Source: Bryobacteraceae bacterium (GTDB lineage: Bacteria > Acidobacteriota > Terriglobia > Bryobacterales > Bryobacteraceae). Taken from it: a stretch of DNA of 64,000 nucleotides. This document shows positions 19,741-27,606 of this stretch, piece after piece (the first letter of the stretch is position 1; each line of letters opens with the position of its first letter). Below the pieces are notes generated by a model. The model saw only the letters and a program-made list of their open reading frames with translations, made no database searches and was not told the origin of the DNA. The position numbers and the translations under genes were made by a program. The stretch lies in NCBI GenBank assembly GCA_035475915.1, contig DATIMA010000172.1, forward strand, positions 24,549 to 88,548. Direction: 5' to 3'.

Positions 19741-20292
19741 TCAGTACTGCTTCTTCTTGGTAGGTGGAGCCTGCTGGTGCTGGCTCGAGGGCGGCACCAG
19801 GCCCTTTATGCGTAAGTAAGTGACCATGTTGCCGTAGTGCTCGTCGTTATGCGCGCTGTTGAAGTTCAGCAGGGTCAGCTTTGGCGCGTCCTGGCCGAAG
19901 AATTTGACCATTTCCGCCCCGCGCGCATCGGTCATGTTGTCGTATGCCTTGTCACAGTAGGCGAACCCCTCTTTCAGCGATTGGATAAGATCCGCTTTGC
20001 TGGTTTTGTTCTTTTCCACTCCGGGCGATTTCGCGCCGTCGCCCACTACCGGCGCGCAGAATTCATATTGCGCATCCGCTACGTGGCCCACCAGTTCGCC
20101 GAAGGTTCGAACGGTCGAAACCGGCTTAAATGAATAGTTCGCTTCCGGCATCTCTTCGGCTGATTTCAGCACGTCGTCCTTTGTGATGTTGTAGAGAAAT
20201 TTGGCGCCCGAGCTGAGCGGATTCGCCGGGGATTGTGAGAAAGCTGGCAGGGCCAAAAGACAAACTGTGGCCAGGGACACGCATACCTTCAT
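19741..20292 (-). CDS. DinB-family protein (secreted)
   Basis: Signal peptide plus FGELVGHVADAQYEFC ... HNDEHYGNMVTYLR, a DinB-like four-helix His pattern. Confidence 0.65.
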   Translation of the reverse strand: MKVCVSLATVCLLALPAFSQSPANPLSSGAKFLYNITKDDVLKSAEEMPEANYSFKPVSTVRTFGELVGHVADAQYEFCAPVVGDGAKSPGVEKNKTSKADLIQSLKEGFAYCDKAYDNMTDARGAEMVKFFGQDAPKLTLLNFNSAHNDEHYGNMVTYLRIKGLVPPSSQHQQAPPTKKKQY

Positions 20293-20358
20293 AGACTTGC
20301 AATTCTCCTTTGAATTGTCTCTTGGAAGATGATATCCCGTTCTGGACCGCTGTAAACA

Positions 20359-20805
20359 TCAGCCGAGTTTCTGCTTCACCAAATCACTCAGGGCCTTCCC
20401 ATCCACTCGTTTTCCCGCCAACTTCGTCTGCGCGGCCTTCATCACCGCTCCCATCTGCTTTTGTGATGTGGCGCCGGTCTCCGCGATGGCCGAATTCACG
20501 GCGGCTTCCAGTTCTTCCGCCGTGGGTGCGGGGGGCAAATACGCCTCAATAATGATGATTTCGGCCTCTTCTTTGTCTGCAAGTTCGTTGCGCCCAGCCT
20601 TGCGAAACACATCCGCTGATTCCCGTCGTTGCTTCAGAAGCGTATTCATCACCTGCATCTCAGAAGCGTCGTTCAAAGGCTTCATGGAATCCACCTCCTG
20701 TTTCTTGAGAGCCGTTTTGATCAGGCGCAGCGCTCCCAGCCGCGCCTCATCCCTCGACTTCATGGCATCCACCATGTCTCTTTGTATTTTTTCGAGAAGG
20801 GGCAT
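20359..20805 (-). CDS. GatB/YqeY domain protein
   Basis: MPLLEKIQRDMVDAMKSRDEARLGALRLIKTALK...EAYLP...MGAVMK is the YqeY signature. Confidence 0.85.
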   Translation of the reverse strand: MPLLEKIQRDMVDAMKSRDEARLGALRLIKTALKKQEVDSMKPLNDASEMQVMNTLLKQRRESADVFRKAGRNELADKEEAEIIIIEAYLPPAPTAEELEAAVNSAIAETGATSQKQMGAVMKAAQTKLAGKRVDGKALSDLVKQKLG

Positions 20806-20909
20806 CGCTCAACATTGTACGAATCGGATCTTTCCGAGATCGGGAGGATAAGTACCGGAACTCCTTTGGGGTCCGATTGAGAGAGCAATAGGGCTGCCCC
20901 CGCACTCAT

Positions 20910-21620
20910 GTGAAGAGTATTCCTGCCGATAAGGAGCATAGGCAGCTTATGGATTCGAATCTAGTTTCTAATCAGAAGACCGTATCGATCTGCGAGACCC
21001 AACCGCTGACGGTGCATGGCCTTCAGCATCTGCTCGAGCTGACAGATGACCTCAGATTCGGATGCTCCCACGCATCTCCCGCGGAATGGATGCTCAGTCC
21101 AGGCGCGGAGAGGACAGACCTGCTGATCATCGACAAAGGGCTTGGAGCAAAAACTGTACTGGATGCGCTCGACCAGCTTCCGGCCGAGCACGGGACCGTT
21201 CGGGCAACGGTTCCCGCGGTAGTCATTTGGGGTATGTCCATAACCGAGGCTGAGGCTCTTCGGTTCCTTCAGTCCGGCGCAAAGGGGATCATTCGGAAAT
21301 CGGCCGATACCGACACAATATTGGCTTGTTTGCGCGCCGTCGCGCAGGGCCGTAGCTGGATGCAGGATTCCGTCTTCCGGGAAAACACCTCTGCCGAAAC
21401 ACAAGTGCGAACCGATTTGACGCCGCGCGAGCACCAGGTTATGGAACTGGTTGAACAGGGCTTTAAAAATCGGGAGATCGCGCAGGAACTTGGGATCCGG
21501 CCCGGCACGGTAAAGATTCATCTGAAGCACATTTTCGAAAAGACCGGTGTCCGCGGGCGGCACGGTCTCGCCTTAAACGGATTGCGCCAAAAGGGTGTAA
21601 TCTCGCTGCTGGCCTCCTAG
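20910..21620 (+). CDS. LuxR/NarL-type response regulator with a degenerate receiver domain
   Basis: C-terminal LuxR HTH LTPREHQVMELVEQGFKNREIAQELGIRPGTVKIHLKHIFEKTG. The receiver-like N-terminus has ICETQPL where NarL-type proteins have VDDHPL, and keeps LLIID. The start is uncertain (GTG 20910 or ATG 20949). Confidence 0.7.
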   Translation: MKSIPADKEHRQLMDSNLVSNQKTVSICETQPLTVHGLQHLLELTDDLRFGCSHASPAEWMLSPGAERTDLLIIDKGLGAKTVLDALDQLPAEHGTVRATVPAVVIWGMSITEAEALRFLQSGAKGIIRKSADTDTILACLRAVAQGRSWMQDSVFRENTSAETQVRTDLTPREHQVMELVEQGFKNREIAQELGIRPGTVKIHLKHIFEKTGVRGRHGLALNGLRQKGVISLLAS

Positions 21621-21759
21621 CAGGATAGAAAAAGGCCAGCCGCCGCTTGCTGACGCGCGCGGTTCCGAAACTTGCGTCCGTGAGCGAGGAAAAACGGCTC
21701 GCCCTTCCGCAACCTCCTAGCCTGCTCCTCTAGATAATCCTTTCTCCCTTCTTCAGCCT

Positions 21760-22839
21760 TCAGCGCCAGCGAAACAGGCGTAACGCGAGAAAGAACGGAA
21801 TAACAAACCAGGCTGCCATCACAGCCAGTTGCCAGTGTAGTTGTGTGAACCCGGTACCCTGCAGCATGTTCGCCCGCAGCGCATCGATAACGGCAGTCAG
21901 AGGCAGGGCGCGGATGAACGGCTGTACGACACCGGGAAAGCGGTCCGCGGAAAAGAAGATACCGGAGAGGATCCACATTGGCAGCATCACCAGATTCATG
22001 AGCCCGGAAACCGCTTCCATGGTTCGAGCGCGAGACGCAGTCAGCAGGCCCAGCGCATTAAAGCTAAGCGAAGCGATGATGCAGAGAACCGCCAGTTGCC
22101 ACAACGAACCGCGCAGGGGCACTCCGAAAACGAATACCGCGAACGCAAGGAACGCAACCACCTCAACGGGCAGCATCAGCAGACGCGACAACACAAAAGC
22201 AGCCAGGTACTGCCAGCGGCGCATCGGTGAGGCTACCAGCCTCTTCAGCAATTTCTTCTGGCGGAAGTCGACAATGGCCAAGCCCACGCCCCAGATCGCA
22301 CTGCCCATCAGGTTCATTCCTAAGAGGCCCGGCACGACGAAATCGATGTAACGCGACCCCGGCTCGCGCACCAGGTCGTTTATCGTCTTAAACGGCTCCG
22401 GCTGCCCGCTGCTTGCCTGAAGCGCACGGTCAGTGACCAGGCGCGCAATGCGGGAATCGGGATTGGTGTCATCGTATCGATAGATGACTCCGTTCGGGGT
22501 TGAAATAGCAAGCAATTGAATCCGTCCGGTCTTCAGCGCCAGTTCGCCGCCGGCGCGATCCATCGTTTTGACCGACAGATCCTTGCCGCTCCTCAGCGCC
22601 TTCGCCAGGTTGTTCCCGACAACGCCGATTCGCGGGACTTCCGGAGGTTGATTTCGAAAAGCGATACCCAGGCCAAACGCCAGCAGGATCGGGAAGACAA
22701 AGATCCAGAAGATCGCTTCAGGTTCGCGGAAGAACAGCCGAAAGCGGGCAAACGTCAACTGAACCAGCGAACGGTCCCAAAAGCCATTTGTGTCTAGTTC
22801 GAGATCTCTTGCGGGAGTGTGGAGAGCTCTCTCACTCAT
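21760..22839 (-). CDS. ABC-2-type transporter permease
   Basis: Six predicted TM helices with a large first loop, directly after and overlapping the ATPase gene. The internal Met (MSERAL) at 22839 was preferred. Confidence 0.75.
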   Translation of the reverse strand: MSERALHTPARDLELDTNGFWDRSLVQLTFARFRLFFREPEAIFWIFVFPILLAFGLGIAFRNQPPEVPRIGVVGNNLAKALRSGKDLSVKTMDRAGGELALKTGRIQLLAISTPNGVIYRYDDTNPDSRIARLVTDRALQASSGQPEPFKTINDLVREPGSRYIDFVVPGLLGMNLMGSAIWGVGLAIVDFRQKKLLKRLVASPMRRWQYLAAFVLSRLLMLPVEVVAFLAFAVFVFGVPLRGSLWQLAVLCIIASLSFNALGLLTASRARTMEAVSGLMNLVMLPMWILSGIFFSADRFPGVVQPFIRALPLTAVIDALRANMLQGTGFTQLHWQLAVMAAWFVIPFFLALRLFRWR

Positions 22840-23776
22840 CTCGCAGATTCCTCCCCGTAAGTGAAACGAATACATCCTCGAGCGTGGCCGAATGCGTTCT
22901 CAGCTCGGTCAGCTTGATCCTGCGGCGGGCGAGCTCGCCGAAAAGTTCCGGGACGGATGTATGCAATTCCGAGACCGATAATTGATACCGTCCGTTGTCG
23001 ACCCGCGTATGCCGAACTCCCTCAAGCCGCTGTAATGCCTCGGCTTCCAAATCGGCTGCAAGTCCGTCGACAACAAACTCGACAATATGCTCCGCGCCAA
23101 TCGTCGCGATGAGTTCCCGCGGGGTGCCGAGGGCGATGATACGGCCCTGATCCATGACCGCTACCCGGTCGCACAGCCGCTCGGCTTCATCCATGTAGTG
23201 CGTAGTGAGAATAATCGTCCGGCCCGCCTTCTTCAGGTCTTCCACCAGATCCCACAGATGCCGCCGTGCCTGAGGATCGAGGCCGGTGGTCGGTTCATCC
23301 AGAAACAGCAATTCAGGATCACCGACCAGCGCACAGGCCATGGCGAGCCGCTGCTTCTGTCCTCCGGACAGGCTACCCGCGCGCGCTGATTTCTTCTCGG
23401 TCAATTGGACCGTCTCGATAATCTTGCCTGGGCGTAATCCGTGGCGGTAGAAACTGCGAAATAGTTGCACGATCTCTTCAACCGTGAGCTTTTCAGGGAA
23501 TTGGGTCTCTTGGAGCTGAATTCCAATACGCTCGCGAAGCTCAGCGGAACTGTTCTTCCAACTGAGCCCGAGCAGCTCTACCGTTCCGGAATCCGGTGCT
23601 GTCAAGCCTTCACAAATCTCAATTGTGGTGGTTTTGCCAGCCCCGTTGGGCCCCAGCAGACCAAAACACTCTCCCGGGTACGCTTCCAGGTCGATTCCGT
23701 TGACTGCGACGACATCTCCATACGCCTTGCGAAGCCCGCGGATAGACAGAGGGAGCGGATTGTTCGAAGAAGACAT
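22832..23776 (-). CDS. ABC transporter ATP-binding protein
   Basis: Walker A GPNGAGKTT, signature LSGGQKQR, Walker B LLFLDEPTTGLD. The start was chosen at MSSSNNPLPLSIRGL (23776). Confidence 0.9.
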   Translation of the reverse strand: MSSSNNPLPLSIRGLRKAYGDVVAVNGIDLEAYPGECFGLLGPNGAGKTTTIEICEGLTAPDSGTVELLGLSWKNSSAELRERIGIQLQETQFPEKLTVEEIVQLFRSFYRHGLRPGKIIETVQLTEKKSARAGSLSGGQKQRLAMACALVGDPELLFLDEPTTGLDPQARRHLWDLVEDLKKAGRTIILTTHYMDEAERLCDRVAVMDQGRIIALGTPRELIATIGAEHIVEFVVDGLAADLEAEALQRLEGVRHTRVDNGRYQLSVSELHTSVPELFGELARRRIKLTELRTHSATLEDVFVSLTGRNLRDE

Positions 23777-23920
23777 TTTTCGGGGCCGGCACTTTGATTT
23801 TCTCAGGTTGCCCCGATGATATCCTTGCGGAGACGGCCATCTCAATGAGGTATCAAAACTGGGTCACGGCTGAAGGGAGCGGTTTTTCAGCCGAGCGACT
23901 ACACCCTCACGAAAACGCTA

Positions 23921-24121
23921 ATGAGACGAGATGAACAAATAGTTGAATCGGAGCTGATGGAGATCAGCGCGATTCAAGACGACACCACCAAGCTGGAACG
24001 AATTGTCGCCTGGTGCGCGAATTACCCGGATGAGATCCCGTTTGCGTTGAGGTTCTTTCGAAGGCGTTCGGAATCAACGCATCAATTCCCGGCAGAAGTC
24101 AGCGGGTCGAATGAATCTTAG
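23921..24121 (+). CDS. Hypothetical small protein (66 aa)
   Basis: This is the only ORF in this gap. No recognisable motif, so coding status is unverified. Confidence 0.3.
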   Translation: MRRDEQIVESELMEISAIQDDTTKLERIVAWCANYPDEIPFALRFFRRRSESTHQFPAEVSGSNES

Positions 24122-24148
24122 CCCGTGCAATCTTCCTCTATCTGCCAT

Positions 24149-26500
24149 TTAGAACACGAAACTTACGCCGGCCGTTACTTTCTGTTGCCGCAAAGGGCCG
24201 CTCGGCAGATCGGATTCTTTGTAAACCACGTAATTGTCCGAATCGGACGGGTCGTCAATCTTAATAGATCGCTCGACGAAATTAGGCTGAGCGCTTATTG
24301 CTTCCCGGTAATCCAGACGCAAAAGCCATCGCCGGCTGACGCGGTATTTCACGCCGCCTCCGTATTGGAATCCAAACTGAAATATGCCGCCGCCATCTAA
24401 CGGTGGGTTGTTCGCAAAATTGTAAGCGGCCAGAATCAGTCCTACATTCCGCAACCCTACCTTGAAGACTCCGCCGCTCGATTTGAATGGCGCATCGGTA
24501 ATATGCAGAAGCTGAAATACCGGACCTGCCGCGATATAGGGCCGAAAACGCTTCTCACGTGGTCTGAAGTTACCCACGAATGCATAACCAAACTGATTTG
24601 TTGAGAGCCCAGTGGTTTCCTCCTGATAGCCGACTGGTTCCTGGCCGGGAAAACCGCTGAACGAAGCACCCAGACGGTATCTTCCCTGCTGATAGTCAAA
24701 AGCGAACTCGTTCGAGAAGTATCGCCACGAATTCAAGGTGACAGAGGTGCCAAGCGCCCATCCATTATGCAGCTGGTTCTGGAGTGTGAGATTGAAGGAC
24801 GGAATTTCCGGTGACTTGGATTCGAGGCCGATCTGCGTGACCGCGAGGGTACTTCCAAAACGAAGCCAGCCGCCCTGTACCCCGAGTTCGATTAACGGCG
24901 GCCTTTCTTCCTGATTCGCATGGAATGGGTTCTCGGGAACGGCGGGCGTCGGATAGGGACGCTCGCGCGCACTTCGCTCCGGCTCCGCGTGTGTGTCCGG
25001 TTCGCCTGTTTCCGAAGGGATCGTATTGTCATCCGCGCCGGCCGGACCGGCTGCTGGTGTATTTTCTCCTGTGTGCCTCAAATTGTGGATTCCCAATTTG
25101 GCGCCTTCGTACCCTTGGTAGATCAGGTTGCCGCGATAGAGATCATTGCGGGTGATAAGGAGGCCTTGCCGGAAACCTCGTTCGACAGGATTCCCGGTAA
25201 TCCGTCTATCCGGCGGCGCTTGCAAATCAATCGGGTCTCTTGGATGCGCACAAGTGTTGAATTCCAGAACTGCGATGCGGCCGTCCGTAATCAGCGGTTC
25301 TCCGGTTGCGTTATGAGCCCCGGACGGCACCCACGGCCGGGAATATAGTTCCGCCGCATCGACACATCCCGTAAAGATGAGGTCGTTTATGATTTTCGTT
25401 CGCTCACCGTCGATGTTTGTATTGATCACATGGATGAATGTCTTGTTCTTCCGGGAGAGCTGTATCCCAATATCCTGCGTGGATGAAGCTGTCAGGACGA
25501 TCCTTCCTTCCCATTTTTCCGGACGCAGCCAGATCCTGGTATGATGGCGCTTCGAGAAGGTGTTTAGTGATTTGGAAAATTCAAAGCGCGGCCGCTGCTC
25601 GTCCAGTAAGAGTAGCGACATCGGCGCGCGATGGTATTGCTGGTTTTCAGCAATCGACCGTAGCGTCAGAAACCCGCTTATCGTGTTGAGCCGGTCTACT
25701 TGCACCCAGCCCGCGGCCCCGAAGGCGCGTTCGACAGCGGCTGGCGTACCCAGAAACACAAGATTAGTCAAATCGGACGGCTTATTCGAGTTTGCAGTCA
25801 TGGTTCGGTACGGCAAAGTTCGCAGAAGCGATCTGAGCGCCGCCTTTTCCTGTCCTGTCGCTTGGATCGCAGGTACTGGCGTTCCGTATTTCTTTGATAG
25901 TTCGACAGGTGAAAGCAAGCTGATACCCATCTCCGTTCCGGCAGGGAGCCAGATTTCCGGTTCGGAGAAGCGAAGCACCCGCGCCGCTGCGACGTTCACA
26001 TAAAGATATGCGATCGGATCGAACATAGCGAATCCGGCGATCAAGTTATCAGCCCGGTAACCAATTGTTCCGGTCGAACGGATGCCCTTGATCCGGCCCT
26101 CTTTGTCCACGGATTCTCGCGCATTGTCGAGTTCAGTCACATGCGTGGCAATGGGAAGCATCGTGCCGTCCGGCAAAACGAGCCGGTTAAAGTCAATGCT
26201 AAGACGAGCCGTCTCATGGATCAGACCCAGTCCGATCCGCTTCACATCCCGAACCGTGCCGATCACTTGGGCACCCATCGGGATAACCACTTGCCCCTGC
26301 TCTCGTACAGGTGCGATGATGACGCTTTCCACTGCGCTTCCTTTCTTTGAAGAAAACGAAGCGAGCGAATGCGTAATGCGGATTTCGAGCGTTTTGCCGG
26401 CGGGAACAGTTAAGCTTGCGGCTTTGGTGGCCATAGAAGCAAGCGCGATGCACGCTGCCAAACGACGGAATCTTACAAAAGGCGAGGAGCCCAGACCCAT
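24149..26500 (-). CDS. Large multidomain outer-membrane protein: N-terminal beta-domain + LssY_C-like domain + C-terminal beta-barrel
   Basis: 783 aa with a signal-like N-terminus. The central NLVFLGTPAAVERAFGAAGWVQVD...SKRHHTRIWL resembles LssY C-terminal domains (from memory). A Pro/Glu-rich linker is followed by an alternating-hydrophobic barrel ending VTAGVSFVF (terminal Phe). Confidence 0.55.
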   Translation of the reverse strand: MGLGSSPFVRFRRLAACIALASMATKAASLTVPAGKTLEIRITHSLASFSSKKGSAVESVIIAPVREQGQVVIPMGAQVIGTVRDVKRIGLGLIHETARLSIDFNRLVLPDGTMLPIATHVTELDNARESVDKEGRIKGIRSTGTIGYRADNLIAGFAMFDPIAYLYVNVAAARVLRFSEPEIWLPAGTEMGISLLSPVELSKKYGTPVPAIQATGQEKAALRSLLRTLPYRTMTANSNKPSDLTNLVFLGTPAAVERAFGAAGWVQVDRLNTISGFLTLRSIAENQQYHRAPMSLLLLDEQRPRFEFSKSLNTFSKRHHTRIWLRPEKWEGRIVLTASSTQDIGIQLSRKNKTFIHVINTNIDGERTKIINDLIFTGCVDAAELYSRPWVPSGAHNATGEPLITDGRIAVLEFNTCAHPRDPIDLQAPPDRRITGNPVERGFRQGLLITRNDLYRGNLIYQGYEGAKLGIHNLRHTGENTPAAGPAGADDNTIPSETGEPDTHAEPERSARERPYPTPAVPENPFHANQEERPPLIELGVQGGWLRFGSTLAVTQIGLESKSPEIPSFNLTLQNQLHNGWALGTSVTLNSWRYFSNEFAFDYQQGRYRLGASFSGFPGQEPVGYQEETTGLSTNQFGYAFVGNFRPREKRFRPYIAAGPVFQLLHITDAPFKSSGGVFKVGLRNVGLILAAYNFANNPPLDGGGIFQFGFQYGGGVKYRVSRRWLLRLDYREAISAQPNFVERSIKIDDPSDSDNYVVYKESDLPSGPLRQQKVTAGVSFVF

Positions 26501-26630
26501 GTTTCGAGAGTACCGGAAGCTTTACGGGGAACTAAACCACCCGCAAGCGAGTGACCGACCCGAGACATAGGTAACAGAACGTTCCGCAGACATGGGTTAC
26601 ACTTTTTGCCTTTTAGGGAGGCGGAAAGAG

Positions 26631-26865
26631 ATGCCCTGGAAGGAGCGTTCTGTGATGGACGAGCGAATTCGTTTTGTGATTCGACTGAAGGACGGAGAGA
26701 CGATGGCGTCCCTGTGTAGAGAATTCGGGATCTCACGCAAGACGGGTTACAAGATCCTGGAGCGGTATGAGGAATATGGCTGGGAAGGGCTCACGGACCG
26801 TGCGAGGCGTCCGCATCGGTATGCGAATGCATTACCGGTACAGATGGAAGCAGCGATCATCCGTA
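26631..26865 (+). pseudogene. IS481-family transposase, N-terminal HTH fragment only
   Basis: MPWKERSVMDERIRFVIRLKDGETMASLCREFGISRKTGYKILERYEEYGWEGLTDRARRPHRYAN is the typical IS481-type N-terminus. GGGAGG lies 9 nt upstream of the ATG at 26631. The DDE core is absent. Confidence 0.65.
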
Positions 26866-27386
26866 AGCACTTCCCCAAAGCCAAGATTGTGGCGGATCGT
26901 TTTCATGTGATCCGCCTCGTCAACCATCACTTCCTGGCCTGCTGGCGGGAGATCGACCCGACAGGCTCCAAACATCATGGCTTGGTCTCACTGCTGCGCC
27001 GCCATCGCCACCATCTCAAACCCGAGCAGCGGAACAAGTTGGAGCAGTATTTCGAGCAGTTCCCGGCCTTGCGCGCTCTATCGCTTCAAACAACGGCTCT
27101 GCTACTTACTGCTGAAGAAACACCGAACGCGCAAGCAGTGCGTTCATCTGGTGAGCCGTTTTCTCAAAGCCCTGCACGAGTTGAGTCAGGCCGGCCTGTC
27201 GCGGCTCGTGCAACTCCGCCAAACGATGGAATCCTGGTCCGTCGAGATTGCGACCATGTGGCGATTTACTCGCAACAACGGAATCACCGAGGGCTTCCAC
27301 ACAAAAATGGAAGTTCTGCACCGGCAGCGTATGGATTTCGAAATTTCAAAAACTATCGGTTGCGAGTTAGGATTATGTGTTCGTGA
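26866..27386 (+). pseudogene. ISL3-family transposase, C-terminal fragment with two frameshifts
   Basis: FPKAKIVADRFHVIRLVNHHF... (frame of 26592). It then continues in the frame of 26977 (YRFKQRLCYLLLKKHRTRKQC...WRFTRNNGITEGFHTKMEVL). It returns to the first frame for AYGFRNFKNYRLRVRIMCS*. The shifts are near 27077 and 27328. Confidence 0.7.
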
Positions 27387-27477
27387 GTCGGTCGGGAACG
27401 GTGAGTGCCCCATTAATGGCGGAGAGCCCTTAGGAACAACCTGTTACCTATGTGTCCGCTCCGGACAAGGACGCTTC

Positions 27478-27553
27478 TGGAGCCGGCAGAGGGACTTGAA
27501 CCCCCGACCCGCAGTTTACAAAACTGCCGCTCTACCAACTGAGCTATGCCGGC
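27478..27553 (-). tRNA. tRNA-Thr (anticodon UGU), CCA encoded
   Basis: The reverse complement is GCCGGCATAGCTCAGTTGGTAGAGCGGCAGTTTTGTAAACTGCGGGTCGGGGGTTCAAGTCCCTCTGCCGGCTCCA. It has a 7-bp acceptor stem, a GCTC/GAGC D-stem, a GCAGT/ACTGC anticodon stem with loop TTTGTAA, and a GGGGG/CCCTC T-stem with a TTCAAGT loop. Confidence 0.9.
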
Positions 27554-27606
27554 TTGCTTTTCCAGCGGAGGTGCTGCGTTCTGACCGTCATTTTACACTG
27601 ACATCT

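Larger units (their letters stand above)
26631..27429 (+). mobile_element. Decayed nested insertion-sequence remnant (IS481-like 5' fragment joined to an ISL3-family 3' fragment)
   Basis: See the two pseudogene entries. After the transposase stop, 27403-27429 reads in reverse GGGCTCTCCGCCATTAATGGGGCACTC, a GGCTCT-type terminus of the kind ISL3 elements carry. No matching left end was found. Confidence 0.65.

Noticed and set aside
20806-27477. A direct repeat of the tRNA-Thr 3' end (an att-site scar) and an integrase gene, which would define a genomic island.
   Set aside because: By eye, no copy of tggagccggcagagggacttgaacc or a substantial part of it was seen in the intergenic regions. No tyrosine or serine recombinase ORF was found. 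A computational repeat search is needed.
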